A stretch of DNA of 63,813 bases, filler included, from Dirinaria sp. TL-2023a (taxonomy: Eukaryota), in assembly GCA_051941275.1 (NCBI GenBank). It is 33 parts of 33 records of this genome, joined end to end, with 100 filler letters (N's around TTAATTAATTAA, not from the genome) between each part and the next. Parts side by side here need not be neighbours in the genome. Positions count along the whole stretch, not along the records: positions 9,814 to 11,669 come from JAVEBF010002502.1; positions 11,770 to 13,622 come from JAVEBF010002503.1; positions 13,723 to 15,574 come from JAVEBF010002504.1; positions 15,675 to 17,526 come from JAVEBF010002505.1; positions 17,627 to 19,477 come from JAVEBF010002506.1; positions 19,578 to 21,426 come from JAVEBF010002507.1; positions 21,527 to 23,374 come from JAVEBF010002508.1; positions 23,475 to 25,318 come from JAVEBF010002509.1; 25 more parts are not named here. One strand, written 5' to 3'. Both the position numbers and the translations under genes were made by a program. This document shows positions 10,309 through 23,509 of the stretch, one piece after another (within the stretch, counting starts at the first letter, position 1; each line of letters begins with the position of its first letter). The notes under the pieces are model-generated. The model ran no database searches. It was not told the origin of the DNA and worked only from the letters and a program-made list of their open reading frames with translations.

Positions 10309-12950
10309 TTGGACGGGCGGGAATAAGAGTCTCATGAATTGATACTGGCGAGAAGGCCTAAGGTACCTTGGGAAAGGGGTAGGGCCAGGAGTAAGGTAAG
10401 GTACCTTACATACCTTGAGGTAGGGAGGGACGAGTGGACGAGTGAATCACGTAATGCGAGGATGGAGGGCAGGGGGAAGAGGAAGAATATGCACGAGGGG
10501 GCCGGCCAGATGCATTCGAGCCATGTGGCTTGCCTTGGAACTTTGCAGGTCACAGTGACAGTCACACACAGATACCTTACCTTGTCTTGCCTTACGTTAT
10601 GCCATGTACCTACATTACCTGCTACCTCCATGTAGTAAGGTACGAGTACCGAATTCCCGTCTCTGATTTCCTCCAGCCTTGAGCCTTCTGAGGTTTGTGT
10701 CGTGTGCCCCGACTCTCCTTTTGCAGATCGGGATGGAGCCTCGAGACTCGAAAGCTGCAGGGTGAAGATCTGTTTTAGCTAATGGACCTCGGTAAAGCTG
10801 GAGCCGGCAATTGTCATTGGACGTTGATGTGTCCATGGATCACTTCTAACTTTGAAGTCGCTCACGCAATGACCAGAATGATAAAATCATGCATTTCCCT
10901 CCTCCCCTCAGGTACCGCGTCACGAGCTTAACCACAGTGAGGTCAAGATGGTCGTCCGTGGAGCTGCTTGACGACGATTTACTACATTACTACGCCCATA
11001 TGGACGGGGAGGGTTGGATCCAGGATCGATCATCTGGCCCGTTCCGGGCTAGCGTGGATCACGTTTGGCGTGACGATGGGGCTGGTGCCATTCACGGTCA
11101 AATCACGCAATTTCGAATTTCTGGTTAACGTCGCTTGCTCACCCGCTCTCCTCAGTCAAGACATGATGATTTTTTTCCTTTTAAGCTAATCACATCATGT
11201 CGAAGGGGTCTTATTGATAACCGAGACCGAACTACTAGTTTTTTTCCCAAGAACTCGGGCCACTGACTTAGTTACATTAGGTTGTACTTGTGCATCACAG
11301 CATCCCACCTTGGGATTTTGTCCCCGTCTACTCTCCCTCTGCTCTCCCTCCACCCTTCACCCTCCACACTCCACACTTCCACGTACATCTTGGGGAATCA
11401 ATCCAATCCTCCCTGGTTCTTCCAGCTCGCTCATGACAGCTGTAGGTCTTGCGTCAGCCTCCACGTTTAAAAATCCCGTCTTGGTGGGGCGTGGATCTGG
11501 ACGAGCCCAAATCGGTCTGATTCTTGCCATCCCATTACCTATTCCCGTCTCAGGACACTGGTACTATCACTTTTGAGCTACCTACTCGGGCAACTCTGCC
11601 CAAGTCTAGACGCCTACACTCACCTTACCACTCGTCTACGACTACCTCTCGTCAATCACCCTGCAAGCCNNNNNNNNNNNNNNNNNNNNNNNNNNNNNNN
11701 NNNNNNNNNNNNNTTAATTAATTAANNNNNNNNNNNNNNNNNNNNNNNNNNNNNNNNNNNNNNNNNNNNGGCAGACGGTTCTGCATGGCGCACTGTTGGG
11801 CCTCATCAAAGTTGTGTGTATGGGGCCCTATCCATGTCGCCGGCAAATCAAAAAACACAGGCTGTTGCCGAAAGTCAGATGCGCCGGCTTACTGCTGCGG
11901 GTAGAATTCAACCGTTCCTCTGTTGGTGCTGGTCCCCCCGCACACGCTAAATGGTGGGATTTTCAGCTTTAGCATTTCAGCTGTTGTTTGCTTTTAGGCA
12001 TTATCTCAAATGTACACTATAGATATTGCCTGATCTCAAAAGGGTTCTTGGCCTTCTGCCTTCTTGGATATACTGCTTTGAAATCGTCTGTGTTTTATAT
12101 CCCTTTATCGTATCTACCACTTTTGGAAGATCTATCGTTCTCGTCATGGGTGTAAGTCTCGTATCCCTAAACCATGCCCAACCGTGCAATTATCCTCCAT
12201 GGATACTAGCGCAGCAGCTGCACCGGATTACTGACTTTCCATTCAGCTTGCTTCGAAACTTGCTGCGAGCCAACCTCCGGCCGGGCCTTACGGAGCCCCT
12301 CAAGGAGGTCCTCCGCCACAACTGCAGCCAGGGCAGAAACCCGGCGGATACGTAAGATAAAGATGGATTGAGATCTCGAATTTGCAGTGATAAAGTTTGC
12401 AGCCCGGCCAAGCTCAATATCAAGCGTACCCTGGGGCAAGTCCGGTAAGCTCCTGTCCGTTGCACCTTCCATTTTTGTTATCACGATCTTCTTGTCTAGT
12501 GTGTCCTTTTTTATTCTCTGCTCTCAATCTCATTGCACTACCCACATCAATGGTGCGGCCTGATCTGCACTAAACCGATTTTTTTTTTCATAATATTTTC
12601 AATGCGATTCCTAGTGGCTCCATTGTTCTGAGCTGTTGACTGCAAGGGAACGCAATCGGGAGCATAGAATCATCCACTGGCGCTGAAGACCAGCGTCTTC
12701 ACCACTATCGACCATGCTAAGCCGAAATCTACTTCATTATCCCCCCCAATATGTTTGTCCACCATCTAATAATCCAACCTCTCTGTCATCCCAAAGCCAG
12801 AATAACCAGGTTAATTCACCTGGCGATCCACGGCAGTAAAATACTACTATCCACAGAGCTACCTATATCAAGCCCCCGAGCGAGCATCTGCTCATGAAAT
12901 CAGAGGAAAGCACTGATTTCTCGGCCTATGCTAATATAGTCTGCATCCAG

Positions 12951-13622
12951 GGACCTACGGGACAATATCCTCCGCAGCACCAGTACAATCAGCAGGCATA
13001 TCAATATAATCAGCAACAACCAGGCCAATACCCACCGCCACAACAAAGTGGTGGCCCACAGTATGGCGCACCGCCCTCGCAGCAAGCAAGTTCTCACGAC
13101 GTCGGAGGGTACAAAAAGCTATTGCAAGACGTGATTCAAGAGAAACGGTTGCAGAACATGATATCTCTCAATGATCCCCGCTTAGACAGGTATGCCTCGC
13201 TTGCTCCACAAAAGGTCGAGCAATTGAGTCGACAATGGGGCATCCCAATGGAGGTTGGCCGAGATCTTGTGAAGCTTGCTCTTTTCGACATTATTCTGTA
13301 CATTGGTAAGTTTTGATATCTGGTACACGGCAAATTGAGCGCTGCTGAACCGGATCAGACGATAGCGGTTCAATGGCTTTCGAAACCGATGGCGAACCCC
13401 AGCTTCCAAACCAGCCTGCGCCACGAATCAAAGATCTTCAATTCATCCTAAGCTGTGTCGTTCCCGCCGCAACGCTCTTCGACGACGATGGATTTTCTAT
13501 CCGCTTCATGAATTGGCAGCCTCCAGTTGATGAGAGAGACCAGTTCGGCCGCCAGCTGGCTCCGGTACCCGGGAAAATGTATTTATCTCAATTGGACGGA
13601 ATCAGGGACGAAGCCACAGTCC
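12951..13622 (+). CDS. RfeF-like Gln/Pro-rich protein with vWA domain (internal exons, truncated)
   Basis: Q/P/G-rich segment, then LVKLALFDIILYI|DDSGSMAFE (MIDAS DxSxS) across GT-AG intron 13306-13358, then ATLFDDDGFSIRFMN. Confidence 0.75.
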
Positions 13623-13722
13623 NNNNNNNNNNNNNNNNNNNNNNNNNNNNNNNNNNNNNNNNNNNNTTAATTAATTAANNNNNNNNNNNNNNNNNNNNNN
13701 NNNNNNNNNNNNNNNNNNNNNN

Positions 13723-14700
13723 GCTGTCATTACATCAATTATTTTTATCACATCGGTTATTTTTATTACATCTCAAACAAATTCAAGACTTGAGTACAAA
13801 TATTTTACTAACGTTATTTTTTATGATGACGAAAATAAAATCAGAACTCTGAATAATTTAGTAACGAAATATCAAAATATTTTCATCGATAACGATAACA
13901 CAGTGAACATCTCTGAGAATCAATAAATGCTTATAAATTTGAAACAGGAAACTATTTTACTGCAAAATCGAATGACGATTAATCGATCGTGCTCTCATGT
14001 TTATAGACAAAATTCAATAACGTAACACATTCGATAACGAGTTACGCTTTTAACGAGCTTGCATATGAGTTCAAAATCAACGATATCTTGAAACTATTTT
14101 CGAATGTATTCGCGAAGAATTTTATCGAGATCAGACAAATTAAACGAGAAAAAACAAAAACAGTTATAACATTCGTCAGCGCGATTAACAAAATCAGATA
14201 TAACAGAACACACAAAACGATATTCGATAACATATATTTCGACATCATGATATATTTTCGTCTGCATGTCGAATATATCATTTTAGATTTATCAAATAAG
14301 ATTTGTCCCAGCAAGGAGTAAAATCATTTAAAATCATCGAAACAATTGAAAAAAACGTTTTGTTTTTCGTTTTGAATTATCATTTATCATGAAAAGATAT
14401 TCTATAATCTCAGTAACTCAATTAAAATCATTAGCTGATGAAGATTCATATGATAAAACTATTAACACAGACTCATTATCAGTGATGAACGAATATCGAA
14501 ATATCGACGTCTCGTCATATGAGATCGAACGTTTACTAAAAAACGAATCACTAAAAATAAAATTTATTGTTTAATAAAATGAAAAAAACATCATCACGAG
14601 CACAACGCATAATACTCGATCGACGATTTAAACGACGTTATTGATCTCATCGAAGACTTTGAGCGACAGAACATCATTACACGAAAATTCAATCGAAATG
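13723..14700 (+). mobile_element. Heavily mutated Ty3/Gypsy relic; pre-RT region fused to late integrase/chromodomain
   Basis: TVNISENQ*MLINLK, then from ~13950 NELAYEFKIND...IYFRLHVEYII...SYEIERLL; very AT-rich with CC/GG nearly absent. Confidence 0.7.
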
Positions 14701-17626
14701 CTTATGATAACGTTAATTTAAACAACGTCGAACATTATTAAATAATTGTCTGACTTGATTTAAAATGATCGTAAATTATAATTTGAGCATAATTAAATTT
14801 GAGAGAGCACTAATACGCTCAAATGCATACATTCATCTTTTCGCGCTAATATACATTCATTTTTTGCGCTAACAGAATTTATTAGTCAAATATTGTTTAA
14901 ATCTTAGCAAACAACTTTAATCAAATAGTATTTACAACAACTTCTATGAAACGAAACTCTGTTGTCGCATACAAGTTCTCAATCGCAATTAAGACTTTAT
15001 TGAGAGCGACGACATTTAATTTTTGTTTAGTCTCATTATTCTATTTTTGTTGCGTCTGTTTCGCGACAGACAAAAATCTCATCTGAATCTCATTTCAGTG
15101 AGAATCACATCTCAAACTCATTTTAATTTCATTACAATCTCATTTATCAGCTCTGATTCAAATACATCTTTAACAAATTTGTATGAGAAAAAATTATATC
15201 ACAATTAATTAAGATTTAAATTTAAACTCGAAATAAAACAAAAACACGATTAACACACTTTGATTAAGTCATTGACAAACATCATAAAATTATTATTAGT
15301 CGATGAGTGATTCAGTGAGCATAAACTCAACACTGATAAAAAAAATCATTCGCGATGCAAAAATTGCTTGAGAGTATTCAATTAACGACAACGATATCGA
15401 TTTCAAAACGGATTTTATCATCAAACGTATTATATTTAAAAAAATATTATCAAATCTCTCAGTTTTAAAATCGACTGTGAAGTAATTAACAATGATTACA
15501 AAGTCTCACGTTTTAAAATATCAACAAATATTAGATCTGAAGAAAAAACGTTCGTGAAAACAGATTTTAAACTGNNNNNNNNNNNNNNNNNNNNNNNNNN
15601 NNNNNNNNNNNNNNNNNNTTAATTAATTAANNNNNNNNNNNNNNNNNNNNNNNNNNNNNNNNNNNNNNNNNNNNCCGGGACGTCCGTTGAATAGCCAGAA
15701 GAAGGATCAATGCAGCCGCCTTCAGCACCGACGTGGGTATTGGGTGTCGCATCGTATTCAGCGTCGTTGGAACGAGGGTCCCCGTAGAAGGAGGAGTTTG
15801 TAGCGCCAGGGAAGATGTCATGTTCGGGAGAAGGCATTATTGCTTTGTCGGTCAGGTAGATGTTGTTGGTTCCTAAGTACTGTTTAGAACTTTGCCGCAC
15901 AAGGCCATGACAGTGTGTCTACTTACAACGTAGTAGGTATGGTTTTTGGGATTCAAAGAGTCGGTTTGGAAGTATCTGATGGAGTTGGTGGGGAGAGAAA
16001 GAAAGGAACTTCTCCAGAGATCAAGGAGACTTAAGTATGGAGGTTCGCTGCTGAGTGGTACGTCAGCTATTTCCCTGTACTCTTCATTGAGGTGTCATTG
16101 AGCCCGCTTTTGAAACAAAGTCTTAAGAGTTCGTTGGGAAGATGCATCAGACCACCTAATTCGAGACGCGTTTTGCCTTGCTCACTGGCAGTGACTTACA
16201 CTAACAGGGATGGCACTTTCTGGACCTTGCCCATTCCCACAGTCAGAGACTGGAGAATACGTATGCAAATCAACGCGGCCCAATTCTTTAGCGTGGTAGA
16301 GAGATGCCTCAAAAGCTCTGATTCGGTGCATAGCTCGATCAGATTTTAGCAGGCCCCCAAACGCCTCTTCAGCCATAAAGTTTCAAGGTCTGTAGCTGCT
16401 GAACGATAAAACATCCATGTAATGAGGAATTGAATTGACAAGAAGTGAAGGCCATTTTCTGCCGTGAGATGTTTGGTGCGAGCTGATGTTTACTTAGAAT
16501 TTGATGTTCCAAGGCCAAAACAGACCGTCCGCTGCCACGACTAAGGGGGAGACTTGGTACTTTATGAACATATGAGAAGTTCAACGAGCGATACCCTGAA
16601 ACATGAATTATTGCCCACTTGATCTTAGAGCACAAAGCGGCACACTGGGGCTCTCGAGAACAATCCGCCTGTACTGATTACGTCAGCTTCCAAAGTTATA
16701 CTTCCTACAAAAGGCTACTCAACTTCATGTGGCTGCTCCAATCGCCGGTATGGGAGACTATTGTAAGAAGATCCTCGTCAGTGCCGTAATTTGCCAGTGA
16801 TTCTGCGAAATTCGCCATTTTCTAGCTTGATTCTGGTAGACGAGAAATAGGGTAATCAAGTAAGATGATTATCTATGGTACCAATGAGCGTAGGAATGCT
16901 TTTTGCCTCGCGATCTTTCGTTCCAATGTGGCGGCTTGATACCAAGCAGACAGCCGCTCAGCTCTTGTAGGATGAAAGATGCCTGAGATCGTACAATGGT
17001 GCTTTGTTGGAGATACCAGTTGCCGACATCTCGAAAATAATAGTCGTCGTGGTCGTCGTTGTTATTGTTGTGGTTGTTCATCTAACATGATGGACAACTA
17101 CATCTTTCCGGCACAAACCAATGGATGAAGTGACCAGGTTTTTCTTCTCTATCATAACTTCGCTTCTCATCTCATCTCATCAGTATTAAGATAGATTTCA
17201 CGCGTTCAATTGTCGACCGGCTGGAGCAGTGCAATAAGCTTTGCCGACTTGGTCGGTGGCTTTGCCGCGCATACTGCTTCCATTCGACCCAGCGATCCTA
17301 CCTTCGTATATCACTCTCTCTAGACCCTTTCTCTAGTTCCTCGAGAGAATGGCGTGGATCGCAAGCGGCCTGACCAAAAGCTTAGTCCGTATTCTCAGAA
17401 TTCTCGATCGATACGACGATATTAGTCTTCATTATGTTTGGCCATGTTTGCGCTGGGTACCTGATATAAATGTAATTCCGCTAATCGAACTCCAGAGGCA
17501 TGGAAGCGGGCTCGACAAACATATTCNNNNNNNNNNNNNNNNNNNNNNNNNNNNNNNNNNNNNNNNNNNNTTAATTAATTAANNNNNNNNNNNNNNNNNN
17601 NNNNNNNNNNNNNNNNNNNNNNNNNN

Positions 17627-19338
17627 GTAAATATTTCATCAATCGTAATTCGAATGCTTCGATGAAAGACGAGAGAACATTTCGATCAAATAATTCTGTT
17701 TGTCGCTCATGTCATCATCATTCATTTCATCGTTCTGTTTCTCGACGACAGTACGTCTGTGTGAATGCGAAACAGTTTTTTCTGTCTTCGAATCGATTTC
17801 ACTCAAAAATGCGTCAGAGTTGTTGTTGATGTCGACGTTATATTTTTTAGATTTAGAAATCGAAGATTCATCGCGCTCGAGATACATTTCGACGAACTGT
17901 TTCGTGAACTTTTTTCTGAGATGCAACTGATCATAAAGACTTAGTAGATAGAGACGAGTGTAATTCAGTAAATTGAGATTCAATAAATTGATCTCGTGAA
18001 GTTCACATAATCGATCGATCACAATCAATTGAGTTAACGCATCTGCGTTGAATCAGTTTTGAGTTTTGTCAACAATCATGTAAGAAACATACATTTGAAA
18101 AATTTAAAAGTCTTTTGAGAGAGATCTTCGATGTTCACGACAGTTACACTGAAGACGAATGCTGTTTTTAGTCAATGAATGTTCAGATCTCGTTGAAACT
18201 CGCGTTTCAATTGTTTGACTGTTCGAAGTTTAATTAAATAGACTGATCTGTCATCTCGCGTCATCGACATTCAAATTTATCGAATCTTTTTTACAGTCTT
18301 GAGAACGATTATTTTTCACATTTTGTAACAGATCTGAACTCGTTTTCTCAGAGTTTTGTACGTCTCATGAGTTGTTTTGATTCTGAACAACACTCGTCGC
18401 ATCGACTCATTCAGCATTTCTCGAGAAAGATACGCTAAATAATAACGACGAGCTCACATGTTAAACTCTAACACTGTTTGATTTTCGATTTTGATAAAAT
18501 CATTGAAATAACGAGCGTCGAATGATGATTTAAACGACGAAAAATCGATCTGAATGTCATGCGTTTGAGATTAATTTTTTTTCATGTTTGAGAACTCATG
18601 TTGACTGTTCTCATTGCTCGTTCGACTTATTGTGATAAAGAAAGCACGTCGATTTCGTGATGTTTGAAAACTTGTATTTTTAAAATCTTTGACATTAAAA
18701 GCGATCTTGTTTTTGTTTACGAGAGATTTGCTCGAAAACTTTTTGATCATGCTGTCGCTGATTTTTACTGCGAGATCTTGATTTCGCGATGATTCAGATT
18801 CAGCATTCTTGTTGATGTAAGAACTTGAGAGTTGTAGCTGTGTTTTTTTGCGAGACTGAGACGTTTTGAAGATCTTTTTTGCATTCGAATTGAGCTCTGT
18901 GTTTTTTCGCGAATCGTTCTTTTCGAGAGACGTTTTTTCTCAGCTCGAACGTTTTAACAATCTTTTCTGAGAAGCGCTTTTTCTCATGTTCGTTATATTA
19001 TAATCAGATTCATCGTTTTCGTACGTCTGATTCTTTTGAGATTTTATTTTAAATTCATTCATTTTTGAGATCTCGTTGTCAGAGTTTGAATATTGATTCT
19101 CATCTCGCGACTGAATTGTGTTGAACGTCGCGAAAATTTCATGCAAGATATTCGACGTCATTGATTTCAAAGAGAATGCGAAGATCTTGAAACGCTTCGT
19201 GATCTGCAAAAAATTAGTTTGATTAAGAGACTTTTTATTGTTTTTTTACTTGAACACTAAAAGACTACGATGAATTTGAGTTCTCTGTCTGAGAACAATC
19301 ATCGTCATCATTATCTATCGCTCGTTTTCGACGACGAG
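17627..19338 (-). repeat. CC/GG-depleted dispersed repeat, copy 1 (unknown family, degraded ORFs)
   Basis: Colinear with ~25855-27261 over ~1.4 kb; in the part compared base by base the differences are C/T and G/A transitions. Confidence 0.9.
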
Positions 19339-19477
19339 TGTCAAAGACCCAACCTTGGTTAGATAGGTTTCCCAGTGGTAAAAGTCCCGGCAGCGCCAAA
19401 AGACTAACTAAACCAAGTCAAGGGACTTGGTGCCTATCTTACTACTTAGGTGTTCCAGGGTCGTAACACTACCCCCC
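19339..19477 (-). mobile_element. 130-bp LTR (19339-19468) of the TRIM LTR family, preceded by PPT GGGGGGTAG
   Basis: Reverse complement matches 6674-6806 and 7011-7143 closely; the PPT marks it as a 3' LTR. Confidence 0.88.
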
Positions 19478-21526
19478 NNNNNNNNNNNNNNNNNNNNNNN
19501 NNNNNNNNNNNNNNNNNNNNNTTAATTAATTAANNNNNNNNNNNNNNNNNNNNNNNNNNNNNNNNNNNNNNNNNNNNGGAATGAATGCTTCGTATAATCC
19601 CCTCATCTGCTTGTCGATTATTCAACCTTACCATTCGACCGAACTCCGCCAAATCAGGAACTGGTCACATCACTCGAGGGGCTCTTCTTCAGGAGCTGCT
19701 ATCCCTTTCGAGGACGAAGACTTCTTGTATGGTGATTAATTGAGGGGCCTGTCGCTAATGATCCTGGCGCAAGACGCATACAAATGCGTTATAGTACAAC
19801 GCATGGAGAGATTACGTACTGGCGGAGCACGTACGCAATTACGCGAACATCCTCAGAATCTTGTCATCCTTTGCTGGCCCGGCAATTGTGGGCGATAATG
19901 GCTACTTTCCTGCATCAACCTACTATAGTCTAGGCTTGGCAAAATCACTCCTAGAGAGAATCGCAAGTCTTGGTTTGAAGCCAGACCTGTCTGCTTGCGG
20001 TCTAAGACGCGTATAATCTCTAAATACTCTGGCCGCATTATCGAACTAAACAGACAAGAATAAATGCAAAGACCATGAGCAGTCGTCCATATGCATGCCA
20101 GAAAACAGCGCATCGCATTCGAAACTTGTTTCACCGCAGCATACGGAGGTCAGCTCACGCGTGAGACTTCTAGATATTCAGTTGCATGAGCAAAAATTGC
20201 GAACTTTGTGTATCACATCGGAGGACTTTTCATCGGACATTCGAGGGAGGAGGAGCAATAGTACTATTCTTCTCCTGACGCGATCACCAGGCTACCACAA
20301 CATAAGAGTACTCTTCGTCAGATAATTTCAATGCGTATTCTCCTTTTTCAGATCATATCATAAGAGAAACCCTTTGAAAACCGCGATATATAAAACTGAA
20401 TTTAACTAACATATTTCAGTCGGGCCTTAATAAAAGGCGATAACTAGAGAATGGAGCGTCGAGTTAGATGGGACGGAATACGTGGGTTTGTCTCCGAAAC
20501 GCGTATTGTATCCGAAGAATGAAGCGTTGATATGGTTTCCAGGTATCGGATTTCAATCCACATTCTGTGCTGGATATAACATGAAAACGCAGAGGCTTCT
20601 GTCAGGAAACTGGAAAGGGCTTCATGACGGGCATTGCCTTGCGTTATGAAGACACATCTTGCTTCCTGTGATAGAATTTGAAGAGAGTACTCTGAGATAT
20701 GTCTAGCGTGTCTTGAATCGAGAGTTAGCACCGGAGGAAAATACATGATGTCGCTCAAGACAATTGGCCGAGTCTGTTGTCCGACCAGATCCGTTCCCTA
20801 GCCTGGGAATTTCAAAGCAGAGTTCTCGGCGCTGTACCAGCGCCAAAGATATCGAAGGACATTGTAGACTCGATTTCAGTCTTCCCCGGAGTAGCCATGA
20901 TACTTGCGGATCTTCTTGTTCTCTGCGTCACGGACGATACGGGGATTGAGGGTCAGAACGGCAAACATGGCAATCATTCACTCGCAATAACCTTGACCTT
21001 ACTCGACTTCGCATGCGGGGGTTTGTCGACGTTTGTCGAGCAGAGACAAAGGGTCTTTAGCGAATTCGACTGAGCCCGCCTTCCCCTGAATCCACTGGAT
21101 GTTCTGCAAGAAGTCCAAAGTGCCCGGCTGCCCCTGAACCTACTTGAACAGCGGACGTTGCAGCCACCGCCTCTCTTTCAACATCCCAAAGTGACCCTGG
21201 CGATCAATACACCACTGCATCAAGACCTTGAACGTGTCTGGATTGGCGGGGAGGGGAACAGGAAATCATTTTTCATCGTCGTGACGTGCTCGTACCCCAG
21301 GTAGCCAGCCATCTTCGGGGCGTTGTTGTATATTTCGACATCAAGCAGCAACACGCCATCCGGGTTGTCTCGTACTGCTTTGGCGTAATCAACCTGCTTT
21401 TGCTGGGGGGTGGTCGGGTAGTAATGNNNNNNNNNNNNNNNNNNNNNNNNNNNNNNNNNNNNNNNNNNNNTTAATTAATTAANNNNNNNNNNNNNNNNNN
21501 NNNNNNNNNNNNNNNNNNNNNNNNNN

Positions 21527-22521
21527 TATTAGCAGCGACATCGTGGAGTACATATAGATTTTCTTGGACCTTCATGTGACCCTTGGGGCCACGAAATTGC
21601 ACTTCGAGCCAGGCGTCAAAAGCATCCCATGAATTGATACAGTCCAAATAGATGGGCTTGATTCGTCCATGCGAGTCTTCCAGAATGAAGGGCTCTTGAT
21701 GCAGGCAGCGTTCCAAATTGCTCGGAAGACGTCCTTGAATATCTGCAACAGCGTGGTACGTGGCAAAGGTCGTCATGAAAACGGCTTGCAAGAACTTCTT
21801 GATGTCAAGACTGAGGCTTCGAATCCAGTCAAGCCCGAGAGATTCGATGATCCTAGACGTCATAGCATTTCCCATACGAATTTGTTTATCGTTTTCATCC
21901 AATTGATCCTTGATCTCATCTAAGAGGACGCGTTGTTCTTTGATCGTAGCGGCAGTCTTCTCCTCGCTGCTTTCAAGTCGGGCCTGGATTCTCTCGTCCT
22001 TGATTTCCGTCAAGTGCCTTTGTAGGATTAACACAGTCACAACAGTACTATCTCAACCAGAGGGGGAAAAAAACTACCTACATGTTGGCAGTCGATAGAA
22101 GTACGCTTAACATGGAACAATATACATCGATCTCTGTTTGGAGTTTGGTCAACTCGTCGGACCGACATACCCGCCACTGAGCTTTCTTGAAGGCGTCCCG
22201 AACAGTATTCCCCGATCCACCGCTCGACAGGCTGGGTCCAAATGTTTCGATACTCGTAAGGAACGCCTCAATGCATTGCCGCGACTGATGAGCAGTGCAA
22301 CATATCGATACCACAAGCGCGTTCATTTCGACGGTATCTTCGTGTTTTCTGCACGCGCTCTGTACTTGCTGGACGACGCGATTGAAAGCCCACAGCTTCC
22401 ATATGATATCTTGGTACTGGGCAGACGAGCCTTTACTCTCATCGAGGGCTTTAATCAGGTCTTTGATGACGAGACTGAGGGCAACAATGTCACCCAGTGA
22501 GCCAATTGGCGTAAAAGGCAT
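21527..22521 (-). CDS. SesA/HeLo-like (NACHT N-terminal type) helical domain plus ubiquitin-like domain protein, truncated
   Basis: GSLGDIVALSLVIKDLIKALDESKGSSAQYQ...FKKAQW; intron 22081-22018; EPFILEDSHGRIKPIYLDCINSWDAFDAWLEVQF. Confidence 0.7.
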
Positions 22522-23474
22522 GTTGGACAGCGCCGAAGATACAGCGCAATAGTGATACAGCGCAATAGTACATTACCATGCGAAATCAATCGAACCGCCC
22601 TCACTTAGAGCTTATCGCGCGGAGCAAAAGCAGACGCGGAACATTCTGATTTATGAGCAAGACGAGTGAGGCTGAGCGCTGAATGCTGCATCATGCAGAC
22701 TGTATGGGCGCCATCGGAGATGTCGGCGTTGCGTGGGCACATGTGAGATAACCGCCACATCCTCTAAGTTGACTCGGCTCTCTTCCGTGAGAGACTCATA
22801 CCAGAAAGGCAGAGCCTGCAATTCAATACATTGATCGAACAAGATCATTATTACACAGATGATGCTTATCTTGAAGTTCGGAGGTCTTCCTCGGTCGAGC
22901 AAAAACATGCGACGAACTGCCAAGCCTGTGTGGTCTTGGGGCCGCTAATAATTCGTGGCTTGGTGTCGCCATACAGGGGCTTCGAATTTCCTACATGTAG
23001 GTAGGGAGTATTCGAGCGATATTTGATCTACAACAAGGGTACTTTCTTTCGCCGTTGAGTAGGCACGACAGAAATATATACAAGTATGCTATTCACATGC
23101 TGGCTTACCCCATCACAGCTCGCTGGGCTTTTCTTCGATGCTTCTCATACGAAAGCGAGCATTCATCACGTTTGATAGAGATACTCTCGCACCGAGATGC
23201 CAAATAATATTCTCTTTGCATGGAATTCCCCTGGACCAAGTGCCTTCTTCTCAGGGCGATTACCTTCAGAGTCTCAATAGTCGAGATATCATCGACTCCA
23301 TGCTCCACCTTTGCCTGATGGACCGACCAGGGACGGATACTATCTCGCTGTAGAAAATAACTTTGGCTCTTTCCNNNNNNNNNNNNNNNNNNNNNNNNNN
23401 NNNNNNNNNNNNNNNNNNTTAATTAATTAANNNNNNNNNNNNNNNNNNNNNNNNNNNNNNNNNNNNNNNNNNNN

Positions 23475-23509
23475 GTAGTAGTAGTAGTAGCAGTAGTAGT
23501 AGTAGTAGT
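23475..23509. repeat. (GTA)n microsatellite; another GTT/GTA tract at ~24751-24788
   Basis: Direct inspection. Confidence 0.9.

Noticed and set aside
20760..21426. Coding-like minus-strand stretch with stops
   Set aside because: No recognisable domain and no consistent frame; cannot be supported as a gene or a named pseudogene.
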